From positions 1-64,000 of the forward strand of contig DAHVLZ010000018.1 in NCBI GenBank assembly GCA_027320085.1: a stretch of 64,000 nt of DNA, given 5' to 3'. A model generated the notes under the pieces. That model made no database searches, was not told the origin of the DNA, and saw only the letters and a program-made list of their open reading frames with translations. This document shows positions 1 to 9,043 of the stretch, piece by piece. Source of the DNA: Pseudomonadota bacterium. Its GTDB lineage: Bacteria; Pseudomonadota; Gammaproteobacteria; JAKAQQ01. A program made the position numbers and the translations under genes. The first letter of the stretch is position 1. Each line of letters starts with the position of its first letter.

Positions 1-157
1 GACCAGATCCTGCGGTTGGGAACGGGGCGGGCGCTGGGTCATGAAAGTCTCCCGATCCGGGACATGATACAAAAGCCGCGGTTGGCATGACGGTACCCGT
101 GTGATCGTGACGCATGTCCAGAAGAGGGGCTCTCGTATCGCATCTTCGGGGGGGTTC

Positions 158-197
158 AAAAAGAATCGCCGGCAATGCCAGAGGCATTGCCGGCGAT
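158..197 (-). terminator. Rho-independent terminator of the 215..1225 gene
   Basis: Perfect 15-bp stem ATCGCCGGCAATGCC/GGCATTGCCGGCGAT (165-197) with a 3-nt loop, followed by TCTTTTT on the minus strand. Confidence 0.85.
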
Positions 198-214
198 GAC
201 GGGGCCGATAACCG

Positions 215-1225
215 TCAGTAGGACATTACGCAGCCACCGCTGCCGCTGTTGAACGCGTTGCTCCACAGGGACTGCATCGGGAAGGTGGTGCCATCCGGAA
301 ACGTCACGTCGGCCGACGCACCCTGGCCCGAGGAGATCCAGGCACATTTGTCACCGATCTCGGAACCGCTGGAGTCGAGCCAACCGCCACTCGGGAACTG
401 ATCCGTGACGGTTTCCGCCGCTTCGTGTCCGCCCACAATGGTGATGCCGGCATCGGGGCCCAAGCCATTGAAGTTGGCACCGCAGCTCGCGCCCGCATTT
501 GTAATATAGGGCAGGTTGGTGTAGGCCACGTCGCCATAAGCCGAACTGGTTGAGCTGTGGTAGGCGCAGTATTGCTTGCCGAAACCAGTCGAGTTGTTGC
601 CGGTCGCAGTTGCAATCACATACTGGGTGGTGACGTTGCTTCCAGCCGCTGTGTTCCCGAAATACTGGGCTGCCCGGACCGCTTCGGCCGCGATCGCAGA
701 CTGCGTCGGATGTCGGGGGGCTGCCTTGGCGCTGTCGTACCAGTAGGACACGAGCATGTTCGGCTGGTTGCCCGCCGGGGTGCCTGCACCGTTACAGAAG
801 ACGGTGCCGCTGGCCACGCCCTGACAATACTGGGTTACGGTATTCAGCCAGGAGCTGCCACCGATGCTGCCCATCAAGGATTCGAGAATGGCGGCTTCCC
901 CGCTGGGGTCATTGTTGATCCACTGGGATCCCCAAAAGACAATGTAAATGTGTGGTGCAGTTTCAACCCCGATGCCCCCGGTTCCACCGTGGTAGTACAG
1001 GTTGCCGCCGCTCGTGCCACTCTTTTTCTGCGCTGCTCGCGCCCGCTCTGCGTTTCCGACCAGCGGGTAAATGACGACCGGCGGTTGGCCCGCCTCGAGG
1101 AACCGGACCCCACCGGCTGCATTCGCGTGCACCGCGGAGGGCGGTGCGGCGATGGCGGATCCGGTGAACATCATCAAGGCAAGTCCCGCCATGAGCGGAT
1201 AGATCTGTTTCGTATGGATTTTCAC
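215..1225 (-). CDS. Secreted Phi-1/EXORDIUM-like protein
   Basis: Signal peptide; motifs YIVFWG, YCAYH, GHEAAETVTD and GWLD..G.EIGDKC recalled from bacterial Phi-1-like proteins; GGAGG RBS. Confidence 0.7.
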   Translation of the reverse strand: MKIHTKQIYPLMAGLALMMFTGSAIAAPPSAVHANAAGGVRFLEAGQPPVVIYPLVGNAERARAAQKKSGTSGGNLYYHGGTGGIGVETAPHIYIVFWGSQWINNDPSGEAAILESLMGSIGGSSWLNTVTQYCQGVASGTVFCNGAGTPAGNQPNMLVSYWYDSAKAAPRHPTQSAIAAEAVRAAQYFGNTAAGSNVTTQYVIATATGNNSTGFGKQYCAYHSSTSSAYGDVAYTNLPYITNAGASCGANFNGLGPDAGITIVGGHEAAETVTDQFPSGGWLDSSGSEIGDKCAWISSGQGASADVTFPDGTTFPMQSLWSNAFNSGSGGCVMSY

Positions 1226-1328
1226 ATGACCTCCAGAACGATTACTTGTTAATGGTCAAGGCGCATTGCGTCGCCTTGGTGTGACTGATTTCTACTTCCG
1301 TATCTATCGCCTTTTTTATTGCACGGTA

Positions 1329-1358
1329 TCCATAACAGTATTTGGCCATGCCTGTCAA
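1329..1358 (-). promoter_or_regulatory. sigma70-type promoter
   Basis: TTGACA-N18-TATGGA with an extended -10 TG, upstream of the 215..1225 gene. Confidence 0.55.
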
Positions 1359-1448
1359 GTCCCCCGGGAGGCAGGAAGGGGCCATGACCGGATGAGGTTT
1401 CCGTGTTCGGGCATCGGGTGGAGCGCACCCGATGCACCCGATTGTGGC

Positions 1449-3104
1449 CTACCGGTTCAGCAGTCCGAAGACGGCCACCCCGTCCCGGGTGCCGATGTAA
1501 ACCCGTCCGTGGGCGATCAGGGGCGTGATGAACTTGTTGCCCGGACCGAACGCGTCGCGTCCACCGGCCTGCCGGCTGCTGTAGAGAAGGTCATGGAGAT
1601 CATCCGCCCGATAGGCATAAAGGACCGCCGGGTGGGTGTTTTCGACCGCCCAGACGATGCCGTGCCGACGGCCATCGGCCGAGATGCTCGGCGTGGTCCC
1701 GGGGTAGACGAAACGGTTACGGCTCCGGGAGACCGCCTGCTCGGAGAGATGGGCGTCATGGATGCGGAAGGCGCGAAGCGGCTGACCTACCGCGCCAAAA
1801 TAGACCCAATGGTCGAAATAGGCCGGCATGCCGAACTCGGGGCCATGAAGCGCATGGGGAATTTCCTGGAAGATCCGGTTGGCCCGTGGACTGAAATGAC
1901 CCATGTGCCTGCGGTTCACGACGTAGAGGATGCCGTCCTTGCCGGCTCCCAGAGCGAGCTCGACCGGTTGGCCGCGGCGGTCCCGGAGGACCGGCAGGAC
2001 GAGCGCCCCACCGGATCCGAGATCCTGGTCGGCTCGGGATTCGGCACGGGTGTTGTCCATGTTGAAGTAGTCACTCACGACGAGCTGTCCGTTCCGGGCC
2101 GTGAGCCGGATGAAGGCGTTGCCGAAATCATGGTCCCGGGGAAATCCCCGGCGATCGAGACGCGGATCGAAGCTGCCGTTGCCGTCGAGAAAATAGATGT
2201 GGCCGCCCGGTCCGGCCGCCGGTCCCGCGCCCGAGGACCAGATCCCGCCGTCATTGCCGTTCGGGGTGACATCGATCACCCCGTCCTGCCCGAGGGTCCG
2301 CGCCCGGTAGCCGATCACCCAGCCGGTGTAGGGAGGATGGTCACAGTGGGAGGCCCAGCTGGTGTAGACCACGCCCTGGAGGAGCAGGAGTCCGGCTCGC
2401 TCCTTGTACTGGGCCGGATTGAAGATCACCCGGCCGTCCACGCTGCCTGCGCCGTTCCCCGGAAAGCTCGCCCGGATCGTGACGGGTCCGCCTGCGCGTT
2501 CGGCCCCGGTGGCCAGATCCAGGGCATACAAGCGCTGCTCGTGTCTCCCCTCCCGGTTTTTCGACATGGCAACCGCGAAGAGGGTACCGTGAGGGCCCAC
2601 GCGCGGGTCGATCACGGGAGTCGAGGTGATGCCGATCACCGGAGTCACCTGGTTGCAGTCGCGTGGTCCGCTCGGGGTCTCGCCCGGCTTGAGCAGGATG
2701 TCCCTCCAGAGGATCTGGCCGTTCACCGCGTTAAAAGCGTAGAGACGGTCCTCCTCGGTCGCCACATAAAGGACCGGTTGACTCCGGCCGTTGATCCAAA
2801 CCGAGGGATCGTAGAGGGGTTCTGCATCAACCTTGCCATCGGTTGGGAAAAAACCGACCTTCCCGAAACTCCGGACGTTGACGTCTTCTGGGGTGAGCCG
2901 GGTTTCCTGCAGGTCGGCTCCCGTTCTCGGGTTGTTGTCGTGATAGGTGAAAACATGGAAGGGGAGGGGGACGGGTCGGGAGGGCCGCGTGGGGTGATGG
3001 GGGGCGGCGATGGCAGAGACGCCCAAGGCGGCGGCCATGAAAGCTGAAGTCGGAAGAGAATGGAGATTCTGGGGCATGGCCTCTCTCCTCCTCGGGGGAT
3101 TCAA
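1449..3104 (-). CDS. Secreted PQQ-like beta-propeller repeat protein (start may be 3077)
   Basis: TYHDNNPRTG N-terminal motif; propeller blades LYAFNAVNGQILW and LYALDLATG; GITSTPVID; DLGSGG. Confidence 0.75.
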   Translation of the reverse strand: MNPPRRREAMPQNLHSLPTSAFMAAALGVSAIAAPHHPTRPSRPVPLPFHVFTYHDNNPRTGADLQETRLTPEDVNVRSFGKVGFFPTDGKVDAEPLYDPSVWINGRSQPVLYVATEEDRLYAFNAVNGQILWRDILLKPGETPSGPRDCNQVTPVIGITSTPVIDPRVGPHGTLFAVAMSKNREGRHEQRLYALDLATGAERAGGPVTIRASFPGNGAGSVDGRVIFNPAQYKERAGLLLLQGVVYTSWASHCDHPPYTGWVIGYRARTLGQDGVIDVTPNGNDGGIWSSGAGPAAGPGGHIYFLDGNGSFDPRLDRRGFPRDHDFGNAFIRLTARNGQLVVSDYFNMDNTRAESRADQDLGSGGALVLPVLRDRRGQPVELALGAGKDGILYVVNRRHMGHFSPRANRIFQEIPHALHGPEFGMPAYFDHWVYFGAVGQPLRAFRIHDAHLSEQAVSRSRNRFVYPGTTPSISADGRRHGIVWAVENTHPAVLYAYRADDLHDLLYSSRQAGGRDAFGPGNKFITPLIAHGRVYIGTRDGVAVFGLLNR

Positions 3105-3294
3105 GCGATGGAGTATAGGTCAGATCTCCGCCGGGCCGCATCCAAGAAGGTTTACCGGGAGGCCACGGATTCGGGTTGCGGGATCCTGGGGGGCAAAGGG
3201 CCCGGGTCCGCCCGGACCCCCGGACAAGTTGCCCGGCTTTCGGTATCCTAACCCCCGAGATTTTCCCACCCCCAGCCCCCAGAGGTGCCCGCCC

Positions 3295-3843
3295 ATGTCC
3301 TCCTCCCTCTACGATCTTTCGGTTCCGGTTTTTTCGCACAAGCTCAACAACCTGAGACAGATCCTGAAGAAAGCCCTGGCACAGGCCGAGGCCCGGAAAA
3401 TCGATCCGGCGGTCCTGGTCCAGGCCCGGCTCGCTCCCGATATGTTTCCGCTTGTCCGCCAGGTGCAGATCGCAACCGATCAGGCAAAGGGGTGTGCAGC
3501 CCGGCTGGCGGGCGGGGAGCCGCCGCGATATGAGGACAAGGAGACCACCTTCGCCGAGATCGACGAGCGGATCGGACGCACGGTGGCCTTCCTGGGGACG
3601 CTCAAGAAGCAGGATTTCGAGGGGGCGGAGGACCGACGGATACACCTGCCGGTCCGTGATCATACGGCCGAGCTTGTGGGCCTGCCCTATCTCCTCCATT
3701 TTGCCTATCCCAACTTCTACTTTCATCTGACCACCGCCTACGCCATCCTCCGTCACCATGGGATCGAGATCGGCAAGGGCGATTTCCTCGGTGCATCGAA
3801 GCCCGAGGATCTTGCGGGACCGGGGGCGCACATCGGCCACTAG
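3295..3843 (+). CDS. DUF1993 family protein
   Basis: ARLAPDMFPL..QVQIA.D and PNFYFH.TTAYAILRH.G..IGK.DFLG signature; ATG at 3295. Confidence 0.9.
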   Translation: MSSSLYDLSVPVFSHKLNNLRQILKKALAQAEARKIDPAVLVQARLAPDMFPLVRQVQIATDQAKGCAARLAGGEPPRYEDKETTFAEIDERIGRTVAFLGTLKKQDFEGAEDRRIHLPVRDHTAELVGLPYLLHFAYPNFYFHLTTAYAILRHHGIEIGKGDFLGASKPEDLAGPGAHIGH

Positions 3844-3851
3844 GGACCGCT

Positions 3852-5285
3852 TCAGTCGAGGGCGCGGAGCAGGCCGAGCAGCGCCCTCGCGAACCGCCGG
3901 GAAGTGGATCCCATGTGACGTTCCCGCCAGCGGGTGGCCATCCGGCGGTTCATCTCCGCATAGGTCGGGTAGGGCTGGATCAGGCTGAGCAGCCGCGAGA
4001 GCGAGAAGCGTTCGCGCATGGCAAGCGCCACGAGCCCGATGTTTTCACCCGCATGCGGCATGCAGAGGGAGGCCGAGACCAGGCGTCCCCGTCGGTCGAT
4101 CCCGACATGTGCGACGCCGTGAGCGACCCCGTCGGTCACGGCACGGTTGATCTCGGCCAGGGGAATTTCGAGGCTCTCCACGACCTCTCCATTCGTTTCC
4201 GTCCCCACGGAGGCAACCTCCGGGTCCGTGTAGGTGACGCGGGGGATGGGACTCGTGGCCCAGCGCAGGCGGAGGAGGGGGCGGAACAGTGCGTTCAGGG
4301 CGGCATAGGCGCCCTGTTGACCGGCGACGTGGGTGAACTCGAGCGGGCTGGTCACATCTCCGGCAGCATAGCAACCCGTCCGGGAGGTGCGCAGGAAGGC
4401 ATCGGCTTTAATGCGCCCGGAGGGTTCCTGGGCAAGTTCGAGCGCCTCGAGGCCGCCGGTTCGTGCGCGCCGTCCCACGGCGATGAGCAGGGCATCGAAG
4501 GGAAGCCATTCCGGATTGCCGTTCTCATGTTCCAAGAGGAGCTCGAATCGTCCGCCCGCCTGCTCGATCCCGAGGGCACGGCGATCCGTGAGGATCTTGA
4601 GGCCTTCCTCGCGGAGGGCGGTGGTGAGTGACTTTGAAATTGCTTCGGGTTCGTTGCCGAGGAGACGGGATGCCGATTCCACGATCGTGACCCGGCTGCC
4701 GAGACGACGGTAGGCCTGACCGATCTCGCAGCCGAGCGGGCCGCCACCGAGAATGACCAGATCACAAGGCAGCTTCCTCAAATCCCATAGCGTTTCACTT
4801 GTGAACCAGGGAGTGCCGGTGAGTCCGGTGAGATCGGGCAGGCGGGGTGAGGCACCGGTCGCTATGACGAGGCTGCGTCCGGTGAGACGGGTCCCGTCCA
4901 CCCGGAGGCTCAAATCGGCCTCGACCCGGGCTTCTCCCCGCACGATCGTGACCCCGAGTGACCGGTATCTCGTTTCCGAGTCTTCGGGCTCGATCCTCTG
5001 GATCACCCGGTTGAGATGCTCCCTCAAGGCAGTGAAATCGACGACCGGTTCGTGGGGGGCGATGCCATAAGCCCCCCCCTGTCTTTGGGCGTGTGCCAGG
5101 GCGGCGGCGCGAAGGAGTGTTTTGCTGGGAATGCATCCCGTGTACAGGCAATCGCCCCCCAGCCGGTGACGCTCGATCAGAATGACCCGGGACCCGGCGC
5201 GTGCGGCGATGGAGGCCGCCGAAAGTCCGGCTGCGCCTCCGCCCACAACCAGGAGGTCAGCGCGTTTTGGCAGAGAGGCGGTCAT
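3852..5285 (-). CDS. Class I pyridine nucleotide-disulfide oxidoreductase (Lpd/MerA-like family)
   Basis: GGGAAG FAD motif, GGDCLYTGCIPSK redox disulfide, GGGPLG NAD motif, C-terminal YPTYAE. Confidence 0.85.
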   Translation of the reverse strand: MTASLPKRADLLVVGGGAAGLSAASIAARAGSRVILIERHRLGGDCLYTGCIPSKTLLRAAALAHAQRQGGAYGIAPHEPVVDFTALREHLNRVIQRIEPEDSETRYRSLGVTIVRGEARVEADLSLRVDGTRLTGRSLVIATGASPRLPDLTGLTGTPWFTSETLWDLRKLPCDLVILGGGPLGCEIGQAYRRLGSRVTIVESASRLLGNEPEAISKSLTTALREEGLKILTDRRALGIEQAGGRFELLLEHENGNPEWLPFDALLIAVGRRARTGGLEALELAQEPSGRIKADAFLRTSRTGCYAAGDVTSPLEFTHVAGQQGAYAALNALFRPLLRLRWATSPIPRVTYTDPEVASVGTETNGEVVESLEIPLAEINRAVTDGVAHGVAHVGIDRRGRLVSASLCMPHAGENIGLVALAMRERFSLSRLLSLIQPYPTYAEMNRRMATRWRERHMGSTSRRFARALLGLLRALD

Positions 5286-5441
5286 GGACCGGGTGTTCTC
5301 GCACCCGCAGCACCGGGCACGTTTGATGGCAGCTTGACGGACATCCCGCCTGCGATACGGGTGAGTGGCGGTCGATCATAGCAAAAGCTCGGTGGGAGGT
5401 TCCCTCGGCGTCTTTCTGTTATGCTGGACCCGGTGGGATAG

Positions 5442-5966
5442 ATGATGAAGACACTTCGCTTCCTGATTCCAGTCATGGTAGTCACGGCCTTCCTTGCGGG
5501 ATGTACCATGACTGCACCCTACGGAACGTCCATGGGCGTCTATCCTTCGGGCTACTACGAAACTTACGGCAGCTACGGCTATCCCTCAACTTATCAGGGC
5601 TATGGCTACTACGGGGGGTATGGCGGGTTTTACCCGCCCTACTACTATACCGGGCCTGAACCGGAGTCACCGCAATCGCCACCCCCGCCGGGGCCTCCGC
5701 CCGGGGGGCCTCCGCCCGGGGGGCCTCCGCCCGGGGGGCCTCCGCCGGGAGGGCCTCCGCCGGGAGGGTCTCCCCCGGGAGGGCCTCCCCCGGGAGGGCC
5801 TCCGCCGGGGTTTCCACACGGGCCTCCGCCGGGACTCCCACACGCACCTCCGCCTCTGCCCCCGCGTCTGGCTCCACCGCCGTCCTCACCCCGGATTCCG
5901 CATCTCTCGATGCGGGCCAGAGGTCGTGTGTTGACCCCTCTGGGCGAGAGGATCTTCTCCCGCTGA
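5442..5966 (+). CDS. Lipoprotein with Tyr/Gly-rich and PPPGG-repeat low-complexity regions
   Basis: Lipobox FLAGC after a hydrophobic leader; PPPGG repeats. Confidence 0.7.
   Translation: MMKTLRFLIPVMVVTAFLAGCTMTAPYGTSMGVYPSGYYETYGSYGYPSTYQGYGYYGGYGGFYPPYYYTGPEPESPQSPPPPGPPPGGPPPGGPPPGGPPPGGPPPGGSPPGGPPPGGPPPGFPHGPPPGLPHAPPPLPPRLAPPPSSPRIPHLSMRARGRVLTPLGERIFSR
5691..5810 (+). repeat. 15-bp tandem repeat, 8 copies (GGGCCTCCGCCSGGR)
   Basis: Eight consecutive units counted directly; they encode GPPPG. Confidence 0.95.
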
Positions 5967-5968
5967 GC

Positions 5969-6871
5969 GTGCCGGATCCGTCCCTGAAGGATGGCTTCGT
6001 TGTGATCACGGAGCCGGTCCGGGTGGTGCGTTATGGCGACCCGGATGGTTTCCCGGTTCTTTACCTTCACGGATATCCCGGTTCCCACCACGAGGCCCGT
6101 CTGGCCGAAGCGGTGGGCCGGCGGGGCGGGTTTTCACTCTATGCACTCGACCGGCCCGGATACGGGGCTTCTCCGGGTCGTCCGGAACTCGCGCTTGCGG
6201 ACTGGCCGGCCTTTCAGAGAAATCTCATCGAGACCCTGGGCTTTTTGCGCTATGGGGTGCTCGCGGTCTCAGGAGGCGCCCCCTACGCTTATGCCCAGCA
6301 CCATGAGGCCAGTTCCCATCTGGCCTTCACACTCATCCTGTGCGGATTCCCGCCCGTGACAGGGCCCCTGGATTATCGTCGGCTGCCATTCCTCATGCGG
6401 GCCCACGCCATTCTGCTCCGGAGTTTCCCCCGCCTGGTGGCGCGTGAAGCGGACTGGATCGCAAAGCGCATCCGGGCCGAACCCGCCTGGCTGTGGCGTC
6501 GAGTTTACCGCCAGGTCGACGATTGTGACCGGAAGGTTCTCGCGGATCCCCAAATCCGTTCCCTGCTTGAACAGTCCTGGCACACTGCCTTGAGTGGCGG
6601 GGGGCAGGGACTGGTCCAGGACCTCGCGCGCTATCTTTCACCCTGGCCTTATTCCGGCCCGCCACAAAAAAAGAGCCCCCTCTGGGTCTTCCATGGTTGC
6701 ATGGACCGGATCGTGCCTTCGGACCGAGTTTTGGATTTTGCGTCTGGCATACAGGAGGCGGAGGTGAGACTCATTGAGAATCAAGGACATTTTTCCCTGC
6801 CGTTGCGTTGTCAAGACGAACTGTGGGGCACCTTGTCCTCTCTCCTCCACCGGGGGGGCGCCCCGAGGTGA
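5969..6871 (+). CDS. Alpha/beta hydrolase
   Basis: HGYPGS, DRPGYG, nucleophile elbow AVSGG, HG..D.IVP, GH. Confidence 0.9.
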   Translation: MPDPSLKDGFVVITEPVRVVRYGDPDGFPVLYLHGYPGSHHEARLAEAVGRRGGFSLYALDRPGYGASPGRPELALADWPAFQRNLIETLGFLRYGVLAVSGGAPYAYAQHHEASSHLAFTLILCGFPPVTGPLDYRRLPFLMRAHAILLRSFPRLVAREADWIAKRIRAEPAWLWRRVYRQVDDCDRKVLADPQIRSLLEQSWHTALSGGGQGLVQDLARYLSPWPYSGPPQKKSPLWVFHGCMDRIVPSDRVLDFASGIQEAEVRLIENQGHFSLPLRCQDELWGTLSSLLHRGGAPR

Positions 6872-7001
6872 TTGAAACTTGAGGGTAAAACGGCCTCGAG
6901 TCGCGGTGGAAATCCTTGCTGGCTCTGAACGACGCGCGTATGATAAAAATACGGGCCGATCAGTTTCCGGCTCATATTATAACTGTGGAGGTGTGTTTCT
7001 C

Positions 7002-7388
7002 ATGTTGCAGAAATCTTTCGTACTGGGTGCTGTGCTGGGTGTGATGATCCTGGCTCCTGCGGCGCTGGCATCCGGCAGCCCGTCGAAGCCGATGTCACCC
7101 AAACCCGTGACGCAGCCGATGATGCATCACAAAATGACGATCGTTGATAGTTACCAGGCCAAGCATCGTGCCTGGCTCATGAAGGTCCAGCAGGCACTCA
7201 ATCATTCGGGTGCCCATCTCAAGGCGGACGGCATGTGGGGTCCCAAGACCATGACGGCCATCCGCTCGTTCCAGATGAGCCATGGACTCAAGGCGACCGG
7301 CCACCTCAACAAGGCGACCTTGAGCAAGCTGGGGGTGTTGTCGTGGTCGTGGGGTGTTTCCAAGAAAAAAGCCTGGCATAAGAAATAA
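7002..7388 (+). CDS. Secreted peptidoglycan-binding (PG_binding_1) protein
   Basis: Signal peptide; VQQALN..G...ADG.WGPKT..AIRSFQ..HGL.ATG; GGAGG RBS. Confidence 0.85.
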   Translation: MLQKSFVLGAVLGVMILAPAALASGSPSKPMSPKPVTQPMMHHKMTIVDSYQAKHRAWLMKVQQALNHSGAHLKADGMWGPKTMTAIRSFQMSHGLKATGHLNKATLSKLGVLSWSWGVSKKKAWHKK

Positions 7389-7412
7389 TCGCGCTCTTCC
7401 AATCAAAAACGA

Positions 7413-7441
7413 GACCGGCGGGGCAACCCGCCGGTTTTTTT
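7413..7441 (+). terminator. Rho-independent terminator
   Basis: ACCGGCGG-ggcaac-CCGCCGGT followed by a T run. Confidence 0.9.
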
Positions 7442-7774
7442 ATAGGCTTTCACCGTGGCCTGATTTGAGCTTCGTTTGCTGCGGGTAACGAAGGACAGGC
7501 CCAGTGCTCTGTTCCATCTTTGCCCTCTCGCCTCATCAAGCGGTCCGATGGTTTGGGGGTCGGATTTGAGGGCCTGAAAAACGCCCTATACCGTCCGTCT
7601 CTTCTAGGGTTTAACGGGCAGGTTCAGTGGCGGTGGCGTGCCACCTGTGATTTGACTTTATTGGAAAAACTGTCCGCTCGCCGTTCTGATTTGGAAATGG
7701 TCTGCAAAATAAATTGCATTTTTACGTAGATTATGCATAATATCGATATATTTTAGTTTTTATGGGTGAATCAT

Positions 7775-9043
7775 ATGTTGGTCGAATTCCGCGTCAAGAA
7801 CTACCGCAGCCTGCGTGATGAGCAGGTGCTCAGTCTTGTTGCGTCCAAGGACAAAACCCTGCGGGACACGAACGTCGTGGTGACCGACATCAGCGCTGTT
7901 CCCTTCCTTCTGCGCAGCGCCGTGATCTATGGGGCCAACGCGAGCGGCAAATCCAATCTCATCAAGGCGCTGCAGGACATGCGACACATGGTGGTCGAAT
8001 CGGCAAGATCGATCCAGCCCGGTCAGGCCCTTGCCGTACAACCTTTTCGCCTCGATGCCAAATCTTCCAACCAGCCCTGCGAGTGCGAAGTCACTTTTCT
8101 TCTGGACGGGGTGCGTTACCAGTACGGCTTTGCCGTGACGGCGGAGCGCATCGTGGGTGAGCACCTGTTGGTCTACAAGACCTTCAAGCCGCAACGCTGG
8201 TTCACTCGTCACTACGATGTTGAGACCGCAAAGGATGTTTATGAATTCGGCCCCGGGCTCAAGGGGCCAAAGAATCTGTGGGAGGGTGCCACTCGCCCAA
8301 ATTCGCTGTTTCTGTCGATGGCCGTGCAGCTCTCCAGCGAGGCTTTACGTCCGGTGTTCGACTGGTTCGTCAATCGCCTTGTCATCTTCAACGAGCGAGC
8401 AACGCTCAATCCGCAAGCGTCCATTCAAAGGCTCAAACAAGCTGCTGAGCGAAAAGAAATCTCTAACTTTCTGTCCGCTGCTGACATCAGCATTACTGAT
8501 ATAGAGCTGGAAAGCCGAAAAGTGCCTTTTAAAAGGCTGCACTTCGATCTAGTCGCGGATAAAACCGAGATGGGCATGGAGGAAATAGAAGAGCAACGGC
8601 TCCGTTTCCACCACGTCACCGAGCAGGGCAAGGCCGTCTTTGAGATGGAAGACGAGTCCAATGGTACGCGCATTTTGTTGTTCCTCGCCTCGCCCATGCT
8701 GGACATCCTGAGGCAGGGGTTCACGTTGGTCATCGACGAGCTCGACACCAGTCTGCACACCTTGGTAGTGCGTGAGCTGGTTGGTCTGTTTCATAGTCCA
8801 GACATCAACACTGGCGGTGCGCAGCTGGTTTTTACCACACACGACACCTCGCTGTTGGATGCACCGAATCTGCTGAGGCGCGATCAGATCTGGATCGTCG
8901 AGAAAGACCGCGATCAGGCCTCCCGCCTGGTGGCCCTGTCTGAATTCAGCCCGCGCAAGAACGAAGCGCTGGAGCGTGGCTACCTGCTGGGGCGCTACGG
9001 GGGTGTGCCTTTTCTCAACGCCACCCTGTGGCAGAAATCCTGA
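7775..9043 (+). CDS. AAA_21/ABC-type ATPase (RloA/AbiLi-like)
   Basis: MLVEFRVKNYRS N-terminus, Walker A GANASGKS, signature ESNGT, Walker B VIDELD.SLH, FTTH, C-terminal YL.GRYGGVP. Confidence 0.9.
   Translation: MLVEFRVKNYRSLRDEQVLSLVASKDKTLRDTNVVVTDISAVPFLLRSAVIYGANASGKSNLIKALQDMRHMVVESARSIQPGQALAVQPFRLDAKSSNQPCECEVTFLLDGVRYQYGFAVTAERIVGEHLLVYKTFKPQRWFTRHYDVETAKDVYEFGPGLKGPKNLWEGATRPNSLFLSMAVQLSSEALRPVFDWFVNRLVIFNERATLNPQASIQRLKQAAERKEISNFLSAADISITDIELESRKVPFKRLHFDLVADKTEMGMEEIEEQRLRFHHVTEQGKAVFEMEDESNGTRILLFLASPMLDILRQGFTLVIDELDTSLHTLVVRELVGLFHSPDINTGGAQLVFTTHDTSLLDAPNLLRRDQIWIVEKDRDQASRLVALSEFSPRKNEALERGYLLGRYGGVPFLNATLWQKS

Noticed and set aside
1-42. Start of a minus-strand CDS (MTQRPPRSQPQDLV) running off the window
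   Set aside because: Too short to support.
1266-3047. Long antisense or shadow ORFs (also 22655..25000 -, 34587..36557 +, 27166..28920 -, 47758..49254 -)
   Set aside because: They overlap well-supported genes on the other strand or frame and carry no motifs. Such ORFs are expected in high-GC DNA.
3852-5285. Mercuric reductase merA
   Set aside because: No C-terminal Cys-Cys, no NmerA domain and no mer operon.
5691-5810. Possible CRISPR array
   Set aside because: Contiguous 15-bp units with no spacers, inside a coding region, and no cas genes.
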